The position numbers and the translations under genes were made by a program. A stretch of DNA of 63,263 nucleotides, counting the filler, from Chiloscyllium plagiosum (taxonomy: Eukaryota), in assembly GCF_004010195.1 (NCBI RefSeq). It is 10 parts of 10 records of this genome, joined end to end, with 100 filler letters (N's around TTAATTAATTAA, not from the genome) between each part and the next. Parts side by side here need not be neighbours in the genome. Positions count along the whole stretch, not along the records: positions 50,725 to 57,671 come from NW_025207357.1; positions 57,772 to 59,378 come from NW_025163814.1; positions 59,479 to 61,461 come from NW_025175634.1; positions 61,562 to 63,263 come from NW_025211386.1; 6 more parts are not named here. The stretch is one strand, 5' to 3'. The notes under the pieces are model-generated. The model searched no databases, was not told the origin of the DNA, and saw nothing but the letters and a program-made list of their open reading frames with translations. Each line of letters starts with the position of its first letter. Positions within the stretch are counted from its first letter, which is position 1. This document shows, piece after piece, positions 51,895-63,263 of the stretch.

Positions 51895-54731
51895 AACTAA
51901 AGGTGGCAGAGAACAGCTTCCTTCGTCAAAACTGCGCTTTTCTTTGACCTTGCTTGCAATCTGCGAGAAAGAGTGTGTGAAAGCTAGATTGAGGAATTCT
52001 GGGAAGCGTAAAAAGGCAATTACACAAGGAGGTTCCCAGAAATGAGCAATTACAACTCAATGACTCGAAGTAATCCTTCCATTTCTGCAGAAGCTGGAAT
52101 ATTAAGAACGTATCTAATAAAGCACTTTATAATTATGAAAGGATTCATGTCAGAAAATGTTTCTGATCTGGAAGGCCAGGGCAGAACGATTATGAGTCAC
52201 AAATAATCCCAAAGGGAAATTCAGGAGAAACATGACGAGTATAATGTTAAGCAAAATTCTACATGATGTGCAGGAGAAGAGTGACCTGTGGGTATATATG
52301 TGTAAGTGATTGAAGGTGATGGAACATTGTTAAAACATACAATATTCTCACCTTCATAAATAGGGAGGTAAAGTGCAAGAGCAGGGAGACTTTTATGGGG
52401 TTAGTTAAGGCAATGGTTAGAGCTCAGCTGCAGCACTGGGAACAGGCCTGGGCTTGAAGCAGTGAATGCAATCGGGAGAGTGCAGTAAAGTTTCATAACA
52501 ATGATTCCGGGGATGTAACATTTCAGTTCCGAGGATAGACCGAAAACATTGAAATTGGCCTCCTTGGTGAGGAGAAGGCAAACGAAGATTTGACAGAAGG
52601 TTTGAAAGGCGACGGATGTTGACAGAGTTGATAGGGAGAAAAAGTTTCCACTTCGAAAAAGATCGAGAACCAGAGGATACGTTTTAGAGCTGTTCTGTAA
52701 AAAAAAACAAATGTGAGCCGAGGCAGAACATTTCAACACAGCGGGTAATTGGAATATAGAAGGCAGTACTCGGAACTGTTGAGGAGACAGGTTTTACTGA
52801 GGTACACAAGACGGAGTTAGATATGTGTGTAAAGAAAAATAATGCGCAGGCCTACAAGGAAACAGCAGAAGACTTTTAACCAAGTTAGAATGCCCGGAAA
52901 GTTGTGCACACTTGATAATCTGAATGGTTTCCTTTAACACTGTAATGATCCTGTGATTAGATTGTGAGTTGGAGAAGATGGAACGGTGCATTGAATATGT
53001 TGGCACGGGGTCCAGAAAGAGGTGACAGAAAACTTTAGCAAGGAGCTTATACAGTCCTACATTGATGCGGTCCAACATGATTTGTGTATGGGTTGAGCTC
53101 GTTCAGCCAGTAGACCATGTTCATTTTGAACAGTTGATGAATTTGGGTCACTGAAAAAGGCGTAATAACAAGAAATATGTAAAGAAGGAAAGCAAAGAGC
53201 TGACGTTCTCTTTCAGTAATTGTACAGCCGAGGGTGTCTTTGGACTATGTTGACAGCAAGAACACAGGAATCATAAACCTCATAGTGTCCCTGGAGTCCC
53301 CTTCACCTCTCTAATGAAGTCACAGCTGATTATTAACTTAGATTAACTAATTCAGCTCCCACCCTAAATATTATTCATGATGTAGAGATGCCAGATTTGG
53401 ACCGGGGTGGACAAAGTCAAAAATCAAATGATACAAAGGACTTATTTAAAATTGCAAGCTTTCGGAGCTCTGCTAGGTCCACGCACGAGCAGTGATAGGG
53501 AGGCATATGCCACAGTACTTATAAATAAAATGTTAACAAATTAAAACTTACTGCCCTTGTTGAGTGTTTTAACCAATTAGGAGAAGCCTGCTGACTAAAT
53601 TTTTTTTAAAATCAGATTCCGTTCAAGACTTTGTTCCCAGACAATTAAAGGTTGTTTCAAGGTACAAAAGGTGATACCTCAGATTAGACAATGCTCTTTA
53701 GGTGTGAGGTCCCGCTTTGAATCTGTCTATACTTTAAGCTGAGGTCTGGTAGTCTTTTGTTGACAGAAAACAATCTTGAATGAAATAATGCGCCCAACCG
53801 TGAGTGTATATGCATGTACGGGGTAATATAGTGTGAGAGAGTGTGTGCATGTGCGTCTGTGTCTGTCCCTGTGTGTATGTGCGAGAGTGTGTATGTCTGT
53901 GTGTGCGTATGTACCCGAGAGAGTGTGTATTTCTGCCGAAGTGGGAAAAAGTATCAATGGTGGATCACCCTCAATATTCTGTACTCATCACAGACAAGAC
54001 ATTGCAAATTGTCCTTATTATTAAGTCCTTAAAGCTCTGTGGCATACCACTGAATCCACTAAGCACTCCCTCTAAGCCTAATGCATTCTCCCTGTGGTAT
54101 GTGCCCAGGATTGAAATTTTCTCGTTGGAATCTGCTCAGTGTTTTCAACAATAACCTCCTCCATGTTGAAATCCGTTTTCTTGAAATAGAGGCTAGTCTT
54201 TGAACAGATTTCTAAAATCATCCAGTAGTTCGATACAAATTACGAACGAGAGACAATGCAATTCATTCACACTTCCGGAGGTACTCGCTTTTCAACTGTT
54301 CATAGTGCAGTAACTTCTCTTACTTTGGCAGATCATGGATGACCTGAGAGATGTGGGACAAGTGACAGGAAATGGACTAGATTAGTTTAGGATATCAGGT
54401 CGGTATGGACGAATTAGACCGAAAGATCTGTTTCCATCTCTCTGACTATGACTCTATGTCCACGTTAAACTATGTATCCCTGCTTTGTCAACCTACATCC
54501 ACTGTCTCTGTCTCCTCTGAAATCCTTTGCTCGTATCAGCTTTCCTTCAGCCAATCATGGAGCGAGAGGGGTGGGATTTTCAGACAGAGTGGGGATGGCT
54601 ATATTATTCAAACTTGCATCACTTCCTTGTTCCCTTTACATGTTCTAAGTCATTTGAAAGCGTTCGTAATTAAGTGATTGGATTTTCTCCATTTAACTTC
54701 TTTTCGGCGACGAGAAAACTTGAAGTAAAAG

Positions 54732-55208
54732 ATGCATCTGATTATGTGCCTCATGATTTTATTTCGTTGTTAGTGAAATTATCATTTCCTTTCTTTACAT
54801 TGTTATCGGTTTAATTTATCTCACGTTCTCCAAACATTTGATTGACTTCCTCTTCTCTCCATCTCTTCCTCAGACGTGAACTCAGTGACTGTCCACCAGA
54901 CTCCTCTTTCTGTTTCCAAAGTTGTTAGCGACAGTGTGGAACTGAAGTGCATGGTGAAGGTAACCAGTAATGAGTACATGTACTGGTACAGACAATACCC
55001 AGGGAAGGAACTGCAACTTTTGTTTCACTCGAGAACCACACAGTTTGTGATTCCAGATGGGACAGTAGACGATTTCACCGCTGAGCGACCAAGTGCTTCT
55101 GAGTTCAACCTGAAGTCCTCCAGCCTCCGAGCGAATCACTCCGCTGTATATTACTGCGCCTGGAGTCTTCACAGTGACTCGGAGAGAAGGTGCAGCTCAA
55201 CAAAAACC
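54732..55208 (+). CDS. TRBV: apparently intact TCR-beta V segment (leader + V + perfect 23-RSS)
   Basis: Leader 54732-54768 MHLIMCLMILFR|GTTAGT; V exon 54874-55169 VNSVTVHQTP...LKC...YMYWYRQYPGKELQLLFHS...SAVYYCAWSL; CACAGTG(55170)-23-ACAAAAACC(55200). The YYCAWS ending is TRBV-like. Confidence 0.88.
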
Positions 55209-57965
55209 TCCAAAGACAACAGGAAACAGCTGTATGGAAGAAAAGCAGACACAGCTTTGCTCACCTTTTGCAGAGTCACCGTGGCGATTACGATGTGGAT
55301 AGGCTGCTCGAATAAAAAAAAGTAGACATGAAGACATTAGAAATGGATTAATAAAGATGAGCCCGCACTGAAATCAATGACTGTTGTCCAGTAGAACTGT
55401 AAAAATGTTTCTTCCCCCAGGATCAGCAGATGGCGGTCTTAGTCAATGAATTACACGTGTGTCTCGTCCGTGGTTCCACAAGAACATAGATATTGGACGA
55501 GGCTATTCAGACCTTGTGAACAGAGCAGAAAGAAAGACCTCGGAAAAAGTGAAGACTGCAGATGCTGGAGATCAGAGTTGAGAGTGTTGTGCTGGAAAAG
55601 CACAGCAGGTCAGGCAGCATCCGAGGAGCAGGAGAATTTACTTTTCGGTGCACAAGCCCAAATCAGGAGCCCTGGTTTATTCTGGAAAAGTGGGAACTAC
55701 TTAGTTGTTCTTGAAGTCATTACTTAGGGATATTAGACAGTTATTTAACTATTTGCATCTATGAAGGGAGGGATTCAACACCTTCAAACAGTTTAGCAAA
55801 AATGGCAGATGTATATTTCTTCTTTATCTCCTTCGTATTTAATATCTCGCAGAGTTACAAGTACAAGTCAACAGCATGAAGGTTGAAACGTTCAATTGAA
55901 TACAAAACGTTGGGTAGTTTGCAGACTTGCAGTCTATATGACCTTTATTATTATTAGTCTGCATGGTATCGAACTGCAATTAGTCTCAAAAATGCTGCTG
56001 TTTGACTCCTAGCTGTTTCCGTTCTGTAAAAAAAATTCCTTATTTACGTCTTAAGAAATCTCTGGCCACCACGCTGACAGCTGCAAGCCTGAATGAGACT
56101 TTGTAACGACTAAATGATGTGGATGAATTCTCTGAAGAATTTCACGCATTATTGCGCCTGCTATCGCCAATTACCCTTTAAAGATTGGAATGTATTTGAC
56201 GATAGTAAAGTGTCTAACCGCTCCAAGTAGTGGAAGACGTTGGAAATATTGATTATATTATCTGGGCAGTTCCATCGAGTATTTAGGGTACATTCTACCT
56301 CTACATCATTATTGAGCTTCTTAGAATATCTAGCATTCTTTCGATGCGTGATAAATCTTTTGTGTCTTCTGAATTTAGACTTCAACCTCCTAAATGATGT
56401 CAAATGTTGTTTTCATTCCGTAATTCCTGCTATCTTGACTGGTATCTTGTACGTCACCAGCACAGACTCAGCGACTGAGCCACACGTCATCAGCCTCAAT
56501 CTGAGCTCTTGAATTCTGGGGTGGCGTCTCAACTGTCTCTATTTTGTACTCAGCAGAGTGACCAATGTTTTATAAACGGTTTTAATTGAAAACTATAGTC
56601 TTATTACATAATCAGACTTGTTATTGCATGCCTACGCTAACATTTCCACTTCAATCCTTGCATATTGCTGGTCCGTGTCAATGAGTGGTCGTTTTGCTGA
56701 AAACAGCTCTTTTGGTGAAGACCACTCTCTTGCTGGACTTTCACCTACTGAAGGCCATTCTGAAAATTTAAAACATATGTTTAACCAAATAAATAAAGCA
56801 GTGGACTGTCAGATTTGCTTTAGATTCAGATTATTATTATCATTAGATGTATGAAATGTAGCCATTACTAAACACCATCCCCTCGAAACTTCAACCAATG
56901 AGATTGCACCTTGTCTGAGCAGATACTTTTGTAAAAGCGTGCACGGAACTGAATGCGACATTTGTAGTGTGAAAGTGGATTGGTTTTAAGTTCTCTCTAA
57001 GGCAGTATGACATTCTACCTTCAATTTTCCCAAAGCTATCAACATCTTGGGAATGTCCTTCCAAAATCATGTTCTTGAATTTGCACCTGTTGGATGCAGC
57101 CGTTCTCGTGAGTTAACGACTTATTTTAGCATGCACTCATTCAGTAAACAGGGGAACATTTCTGATTTTGGATGTTATAGTGAGACTGTATTGCTCCTTT
57201 TAAATTTGACCTTCGACGTGATGTGGTCCTTTGTTTTGAATTGATTTCCTCCAAATCCTTGTAGTTTAATTGAGGAACGTTGCAATGCTTTCTTTTCGAG
57301 GCACGTAAACTTGCCTGGTAGCACTGAGACACTGCGAAGTAGTTTACCGTTCAGTGGTATGTACATTCACATATAGCTTAATGCATTTTAGAAATTATTT
57401 TTCCAGAATTATTGATTTCTCCTACAAATATTGTTCTTTTAGGGGTCTTTGGTTTATCTACTTCATAGACTTGCTTTGGGTTCATAGACATTGTCTGTAA
57501 ATGACTTTAACACACTGAACGTGTTGGGCTCTTCAATTCCTAGAAAATAAAGTGGTCAATCTTCTGTCTGATTTGTGTTGGAAATAAGGATTATTGACGA
57601 TCCTGTGATGATGCTGTTACTTTAAAAATGTTATTTTGTCCTGTGTTCTTTTTTGAAGAGGAGCAGGGAAANNNNNNNNNNNNNNNNNNNNNNNNNNNNN
57701 NNNNNNNNNNNNNNNTTAATTAATTAANNNNNNNNNNNNNNNNNNNNNNNNNNNNNNNNNNNNNNNNNNNNTGACTTTAGAAAAGGCTTGAAATCATGTG
57801 CTCACTTTTCATTCACTAAACAGACAGCTTTAGTTTATTTCAATAATATATTTATAACGAATAAAGTTTTACATTCAAATGAAAAATATCAGCTATCACC
57901 GTGATTTCGGGAACCCTTTCAGATCCACTCTTGATCTCATCGATTGCATTGCACACACAATGTCA

Positions 57966-59083
57966 TGTTTTTGCACAGGGTCAACCCAATTCTGAGACTC
58001 CATGGGTCTCAGTGCGCAGTAGTACACTACAGAGTCTGCCAGTTCTATTTTGACCACTTTCATGTTGATGGTGTGGTTCATATGATCGAGCTCTGGGGAT
58101 AGCCAGTCTCTGTGAAACTTCTCTGTGTTCCCGCTAAATTTGCTTCTCCACAGCAGCAGCTCTATGGGACCACTGGAATATTGACGGTACCAGTAAAGGC
58201 CCCGAGTGTTTCTTGTTGTAGTATAATTACAGAAGAACTGGATACTGTCCTCCTCAATCACTGCGACCGAAGCCGGCGTCTGTGAGACAGAATCTCCTCG
58301 ACAAGGTCCTGTAAAATTGATTGATCGACGTATTTGATTGGTTAATTGATGGACAATTTGTCATGTGTACCTCAGTGCAGTGAAAAGCTTTATTTACGAG
58401 TAGTATAGACAGATCATAGTAAAGAAGGACATACAGTACAGATCATAGGACGAAAGAACAGACTTAGACAGATGCATACAGTTTTGTTGCAAAGGTCAAC
58501 ATTAAGAAGATCAGAACTTGAAGTTAGAGACTCCAGGAGAGTCCGGAAATTACAAAAAACACCTCATTATTCTGAGGCCACAGTCATCCTGTCATCTTGA
58601 ACAATAATCTGAAAAATAAGTTCGGGAAGATAACAAAGAATTTACTTCATGGAACTCAGCAGATGCATTGACAAAGGGTTTTGAAAGATTAAATAAAATC
58701 TCCTTCATAAACAGGTCACACCATCTAACAAGGTCATTTTCCATTTTGTTCCCGATCCTGAAGGGAAAACTGCAGACGGCACATGAGCTTAAATTGCACA
58801 CCTCTGTCAAAGTATCTGAACGGACCCAATCCTGCTTACCTCTCAGCCTTTCAGTCGCGGTCATTTGCTAACTCATCCCAAACAGTGCTGGTGTTGGAAA
58901 ACTTTGACTCCACACGTGTATTTTCATTTGGAGAGAATGTGTCGCTGCTTCTGTATGGATGGAACTGTTTGGGTAACTGCAATTGCCGCTGCTAATCTGG
59001 AACAGAGAGATCCTCAAGTTTATCAACCTTCCCGTTAGAACAGTTGCAGTTGTGAGGTATAACCACAATGCTCCAGGCGACAT
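57966..59083 (-). pseudogene. TRAV: TCR-alpha/delta-type V, open frame but defective RSS and leader donor
   Basis: Leader 59083-59032 MSPGALWLYLTTATVLT followed by GAAGG (no GT); V exon from 58308 GDSVSQTP...FCNY...LYWYRQY...DSVVYYCALRP; heptamer CATGGAG (57998-58004)-23-GCAAAAACA. Confidence 0.8.
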
Positions 59084-59871
59084 TGTTACAGACGGATCGC
59101 AGTGAATGTGAGCAGAACTGGTCGAAACTAAAATATTTTTAGACAGGAATTGCTCGCACTTCCGGATCTCTGCCCATTGGTTCATTGCTGACAAAAGCAT
59201 TAGGTGATTGTAAAACCCAGACCACAGGGTTTTACAATGACTTTAAAGCAATATTGACATTTGTCCGTTTTGCTTGTCTGCAAGCGAAGTCAGAGAAGGA
59301 ACACAGTCCACGTTGTTTGCATCAGAACCTGGATTTCTCCAGTTTGGAGAATTATTCTCTGATGTTTTGAGAACTTCCNNNNNNNNNNNNNNNNNNNNNN
59401 NNNNNNNNNNNNNNNNNNNNNNTTAATTAATTAANNNNNNNNNNNNNNNNNNNNNNNNNNNNNNNNNNNNNNNNNNNNATCTGCTTGTGAATGAATGTAG
59501 AAATAAAGGGAACTAACTTCCAGTTGAATTTGTTTTTTTTAAACAAAATACATGCAACTATCATGTGAAACAGACCTGAAGCTACTCAAATTTACTTCCA
59601 AAGAAGCTATTCAGCAAAACAAATATCCCAAGATGTGTATGTGAACATGTTTAAGCAGAACCTCATGTAAAGACATGACCCCATGTGTTCGGGCTGTACA
59701 AGCTGATACCAGGATCCGGTCTGAGCCTCCAGCAGGAAACCAACACGCGGAAGCTGTAAGCCTGCCCCTTACGATGGCCATATAAATCCTGGGCACTGGA
59801 CCGTAATTCAACACTCCTGGGTCGGATCTGTAGAAAGATCTTAGCAGAACCGCTTCCCACAAGTTATCAGA

Positions 59872-60392
59872 ATGATTGTGTCGACACTTTTTCTCAGTTT
59901 GTTACTGACTTTCTTATCATGTGAGTGTTTTTTGTTCAAGTCTCTCTTTGTGACTGTCTCAATGTTAGTCTACGGCAGGAATGTAAAAGACTCAGCCATC
60001 ATTTCACCAACATTAATGCTCATGGTTTATTTGTTTTCTTTTTTAAAGGTGTCCAGTCGGAGGTTGTTTTGACCCAGCCAGAGGCAGAGACTGGCCGTCC
60101 CGTAGGCAGCCTGAAACTGACCTGTAAAACCAGCGGCTTCAATCTTGGCAGCTACTACATGTACTGGGTCCGACAGGTTCCCGGACAGGGTCTGGAGTGG
60201 CTGGTTAGCTACTATGATTCATCCAGCAATGACTATGCACCAGCGATTAAGGGTTGATTTACTGCGTCCAAAGACACTTCAAACAACATTTTCGCGTTGG
60301 ACATGGGGAACCTGAGGATCGAAGACACCGCCATCTATTACTGTGCAAGATACCACAGCGAGAGGAGCCAGGGCTGGACCCGTTCAAAAACA
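59872..60392 (+). pseudogene. IGHV: IgM-type VH (leader + V + 23-RSS) with CGA>TGA stop
   Basis: Leader 59872-59920 MIVSTLFLSLLLTFLS|GTGAG; V exon from 60049; TGA at 60255-57 where the paralog has CGA; YYCAR intact; CACAGCG(60354)-23-TCAAAAACA; TATAAA at ~59781. Confidence 0.93.
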
Positions 60393-60752
60393 GCTCGAGG
60401 GAACATTTTGTCAATTCCATCATAAACTGACGGTCAGTACGAGTTTTAAATGCAATTATACCAACTGCGATCTGAAGCAGACCTCAGGCTGCCTCTTACA
60501 AAACTATCAAAGAGGAAATGTACCATTTAACCTAGCAAACTGCTGAAACAATGGGACAATGTTTTGGGCATGTCATATGTACTGCTAACACTTCCATCAA
60601 TTAAATGCTCGGACAAAATGTTCGTTTTAATATATCGGACAGCTCAGGAAATCACTGCTAATTGTTATGTCAACTATGGCATTCATTCTAAACATGATCA
60701 GTACTAAATGGCTCTTTCAAATGAAAATTGAGATCTCGAGTAAAGAACAGAG

Positions 60753-60832
60753 AACGAGTGTACTGGTCTACATCATTGTGATACTACAGTGGGTCACAGT
60801 GTTGTGCACAGCGACATCCTCATACTAAAACC
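60753..60832 (+). other. IGHD: IgH D1 (60781-60794) with 12/22 RSSs
   Basis: CATTGTG-ATACTACAGTGGGT-CACAGTG-22-ACTAAAACC. Confidence 0.88.
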
Positions 60833-61135
60833 ACTGACAAGTGCTTATCTCAAATTGGTGATTTCTACCATGGCAGGAACGAGAAATAATGTGAGATGCA
60901 ATTTAAACGCAATCCAGTAGTGCTAGTTTGTACAAATGTATATATTTTTTCTACCTTCTTCGTGTTGATTGTCAAGTTAAATGCAGATCGAACCTGGAAA
61001 AGTATTCCAAGCTTTCAAAATACAATGGATCGTAAAAGCTGGAATCATGCACCAAATCATTTTTAGAGGAGTCTGAATCACTGCTTTCTAGGAAGTGAAG
61101 AAATTCTCTGCATTTTACAGTTTACAGTCTGTCAT

Positions 61136-61206
61136 AGTATTTGACACAACGTGTCTCACAGTGATACAACTGGGGTGACACTGCAATTATGATCAATACA
61201 AAAACC
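61136..61206 (+). other. IGHD: IgH D2 ATACAACTGGGGTGA (61164-61178) with 12/12 RSSs
   Basis: CACAGTG(61157) on the 5' side; CACTGCA-12-ACAAAAACC on the 3' side. Confidence 0.85.
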
Positions 61207-62534
61207 TATTCAGCCTCCATTGTTTGAAACTAGTCAGTGATTACTTCTACAAACCGTCTTAACTTGCAGTCAGTATTAGTTCTGTGCGGTATGCCAGTAT
61301 CACTACTTAATTTGTAAAAGTGTTGGGTAATTATCGATATACCAGTTAGGGATTTTGAGAATCAGCTCATGTGTTACTCTGTGAAGTATAAAACAGTATT
61401 AAAATTTATCAAGAATGATCAGAATCCACTAGCGCAATTATGTGATGAAGATTTATCGTGANNNNNNNNNNNNNNNNNNNNNNNNNNNNNNNNNNNNNNN
61501 NNNNNTTAATTAATTAANNNNNNNNNNNNNNNNNNNNNNNNNNNNNNNNNNNNNNNNNNNNGTTCAAATCCCCACTGCCCCAGAGATAACATTTCTGAAT
61601 ATGTTTATTAGAAAATGTCTACTTGTGTTCTGTATGTGAAACAAAATGATATCAGGTATTCGAATACCAGAATTGATCCCATGTGCTCCAGAAAACTGAG
61701 ACAAAACTAGGGAATTCAAACCGGGATGATGCAAACACCAGTTTTAGATTATGGGAGTCAATGTTAATCATTTGTTAACTGGGCCAAGCTTGTCCAACAT
61801 GTTTCAAAGGCATTATTTCGCGTGGAAATTTTAAATCTTCGGACGGTAAGCAAGAAGCTGACTGTTCCTGTTAGAAACTGGGTTACATTACAGAGGACAT
61901 CTACCATGAAAACTCTGCACAGGGAGCAAGAGGACAGACCATTCATCGTTCCCCTCCCCTCTGCTCCACAACAACTTATCTATCGATTCTCTTTGGTGTG
62001 AAAGTGCAGATACATTCTATCAACTCATACACTGGCGCAAGATCTCTGGCAGTTCCCCAGAAACAAAGGTTACATTCAAACTGCTCTGCACTCTTTACGA
62101 TTGGTATGTTCCAAACAAATTTAATTTTGAAGTGTCTTAAATTTACATTTCCAACTGGTGCAATGTTGCAGTTTAAAACTGTCATGAATTTTGTAATGTC
62201 CAATCGGGGGAATCAAGAACACTAAATTCAAAACTAGTGCTCTACTCTAGACGTAAAATGGACATTGTCAGGTTTGTCACAGAGGGATTTAGGATGGATA
62301 AGGTACTTGGCGGAATCCTGCAATGAGCTTTACTCCGTCTCTGACCCAGGTGTATCTGAGCAGAGAACATTAACTACACAAGACACTCCTCCAAGACCGG
62401 TTAATAATCCACTTTAACTACCCAGATGGAATGTAAGTCAGAGTGGGAAACCATTAATTCAGTATTTAACTCACAACTGAAGGAATAAACACTTTATTAC
62501 TTCTGTTGAGTTATTAAATGCAACTTTGAGATTT

Positions 62535-62926
62535 TTATTGACATGAATTAACAGTGTCCATCAGTGCAAGTGAAATGTTTACAAAACTCGGTTTACCGCT
62601 GGATTTATCGACTGTTCTGTTGATGATTTTCAATGGAATCGCTTCATGTCCCACCACACAGGAGTAAGAAGCACCGCTGGCCCACTCCTCCGCTGTAATG
62701 GATATTAGGCTGTAGATGAAGAAGGAGATGTTGTCACTCTCCGCCATCACCTCGGTGTTCTTATAGTTACTGGGATTCACCGGCTTGTCATTTTTTGTCC
62801 ACTTGACGAAGATCTCTCAGGGGGAGAAACCTCTCACAAAACAGCTGAGGGAGAGAAACCTCTGAGAGGAGATTTCTTCTGTTGGTGGCAGGAGGACCGA
62901 CACTGATGGCTCCAGCGGATTAATCA
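62535..62926 (-). pseudogene. IGHM: IgM Cmu4 + secretory tailpiece exon with internal stop
   Basis: CTGCAG acceptor; [37 protein letters not shown]...[43 protein letters not shown]; TGA at 62819-17; internal G|GTAAAC TM donor; AATAAA overlapping the stop and at 62493-98. Confidence 0.92.
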
Positions 62927-63263
62927 CTGCAGAATAGTTGAGACAAATATAAATCAACCAAAAAAATCCAGAGCCAATATCACAACTTCACTAAATATTA
63001 AAATACGCCATTTTAAATTTGGGATTTATTCACTTTCGTGTACTAAAGGAGCAGAATGGTACACATTCTGTTCAGTAAAAGAAGTATAGTTTAATGTGAA
63101 AGTTGCCTCCATATTTCCAGCCCACAACAAGGGCATTCTGTCCAATTGTCATTGCTGATGGTGACGTCCCAATCCAGGTTTCTTCCCACCTTATCTGATT
63201 TTATAAGAATACAATCTGCTTTGGACCATCTTTTTCATAATCAGCCACTTAGGTATCCTGTCA

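Noticed and set aside
45730-63263. IgNAR, IgW, NAR-TCR or TAILV segments
   Set aside because: The VH exons have full FR2/CDR2 and a two-D cluster typical of IgM, and the C exons match Cmu2/Cmu4. No VNAR-type V was seen.

Overview
Cartilaginous-fish (shark-like) genomic DNA from an antigen-receptor-rich, repeat-dense region. It is not one contiguous locus: nine 100-bp N gaps with a central TTAATTAATTAA linker join ten short contigs. Antigen-receptor content: (i) a decayed non-rearranging VJ-(C1)-TM receptor-like gene at 7.5-8.9 kb; (ii) three kappa (NS4/type III) light-chain C exons and one pre-joined, out-of-frame kappa VJ; (iii) two IgM-type VH-D1-D2 miniloci with RSSs, each with a crippling point mutation; (iv) a frameshifted Cmu2 exon and a secretory Cmu4 exon with an internal stop; (v) one intact and one pseudo TCR-beta V; (vi) a TCR-alpha/delta-type V with a defective heptamer. 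Between these lie CR1/HER1 LINE fragments, HE1-type SINEs, Penelope-like elements and short repeats carrying minimal hammerhead-ribozyme cores, a ~660-bp-arm inverted duplication and several minisatellites. Family assignments come from motif recognition and recalled shark sequences; no database search was run.
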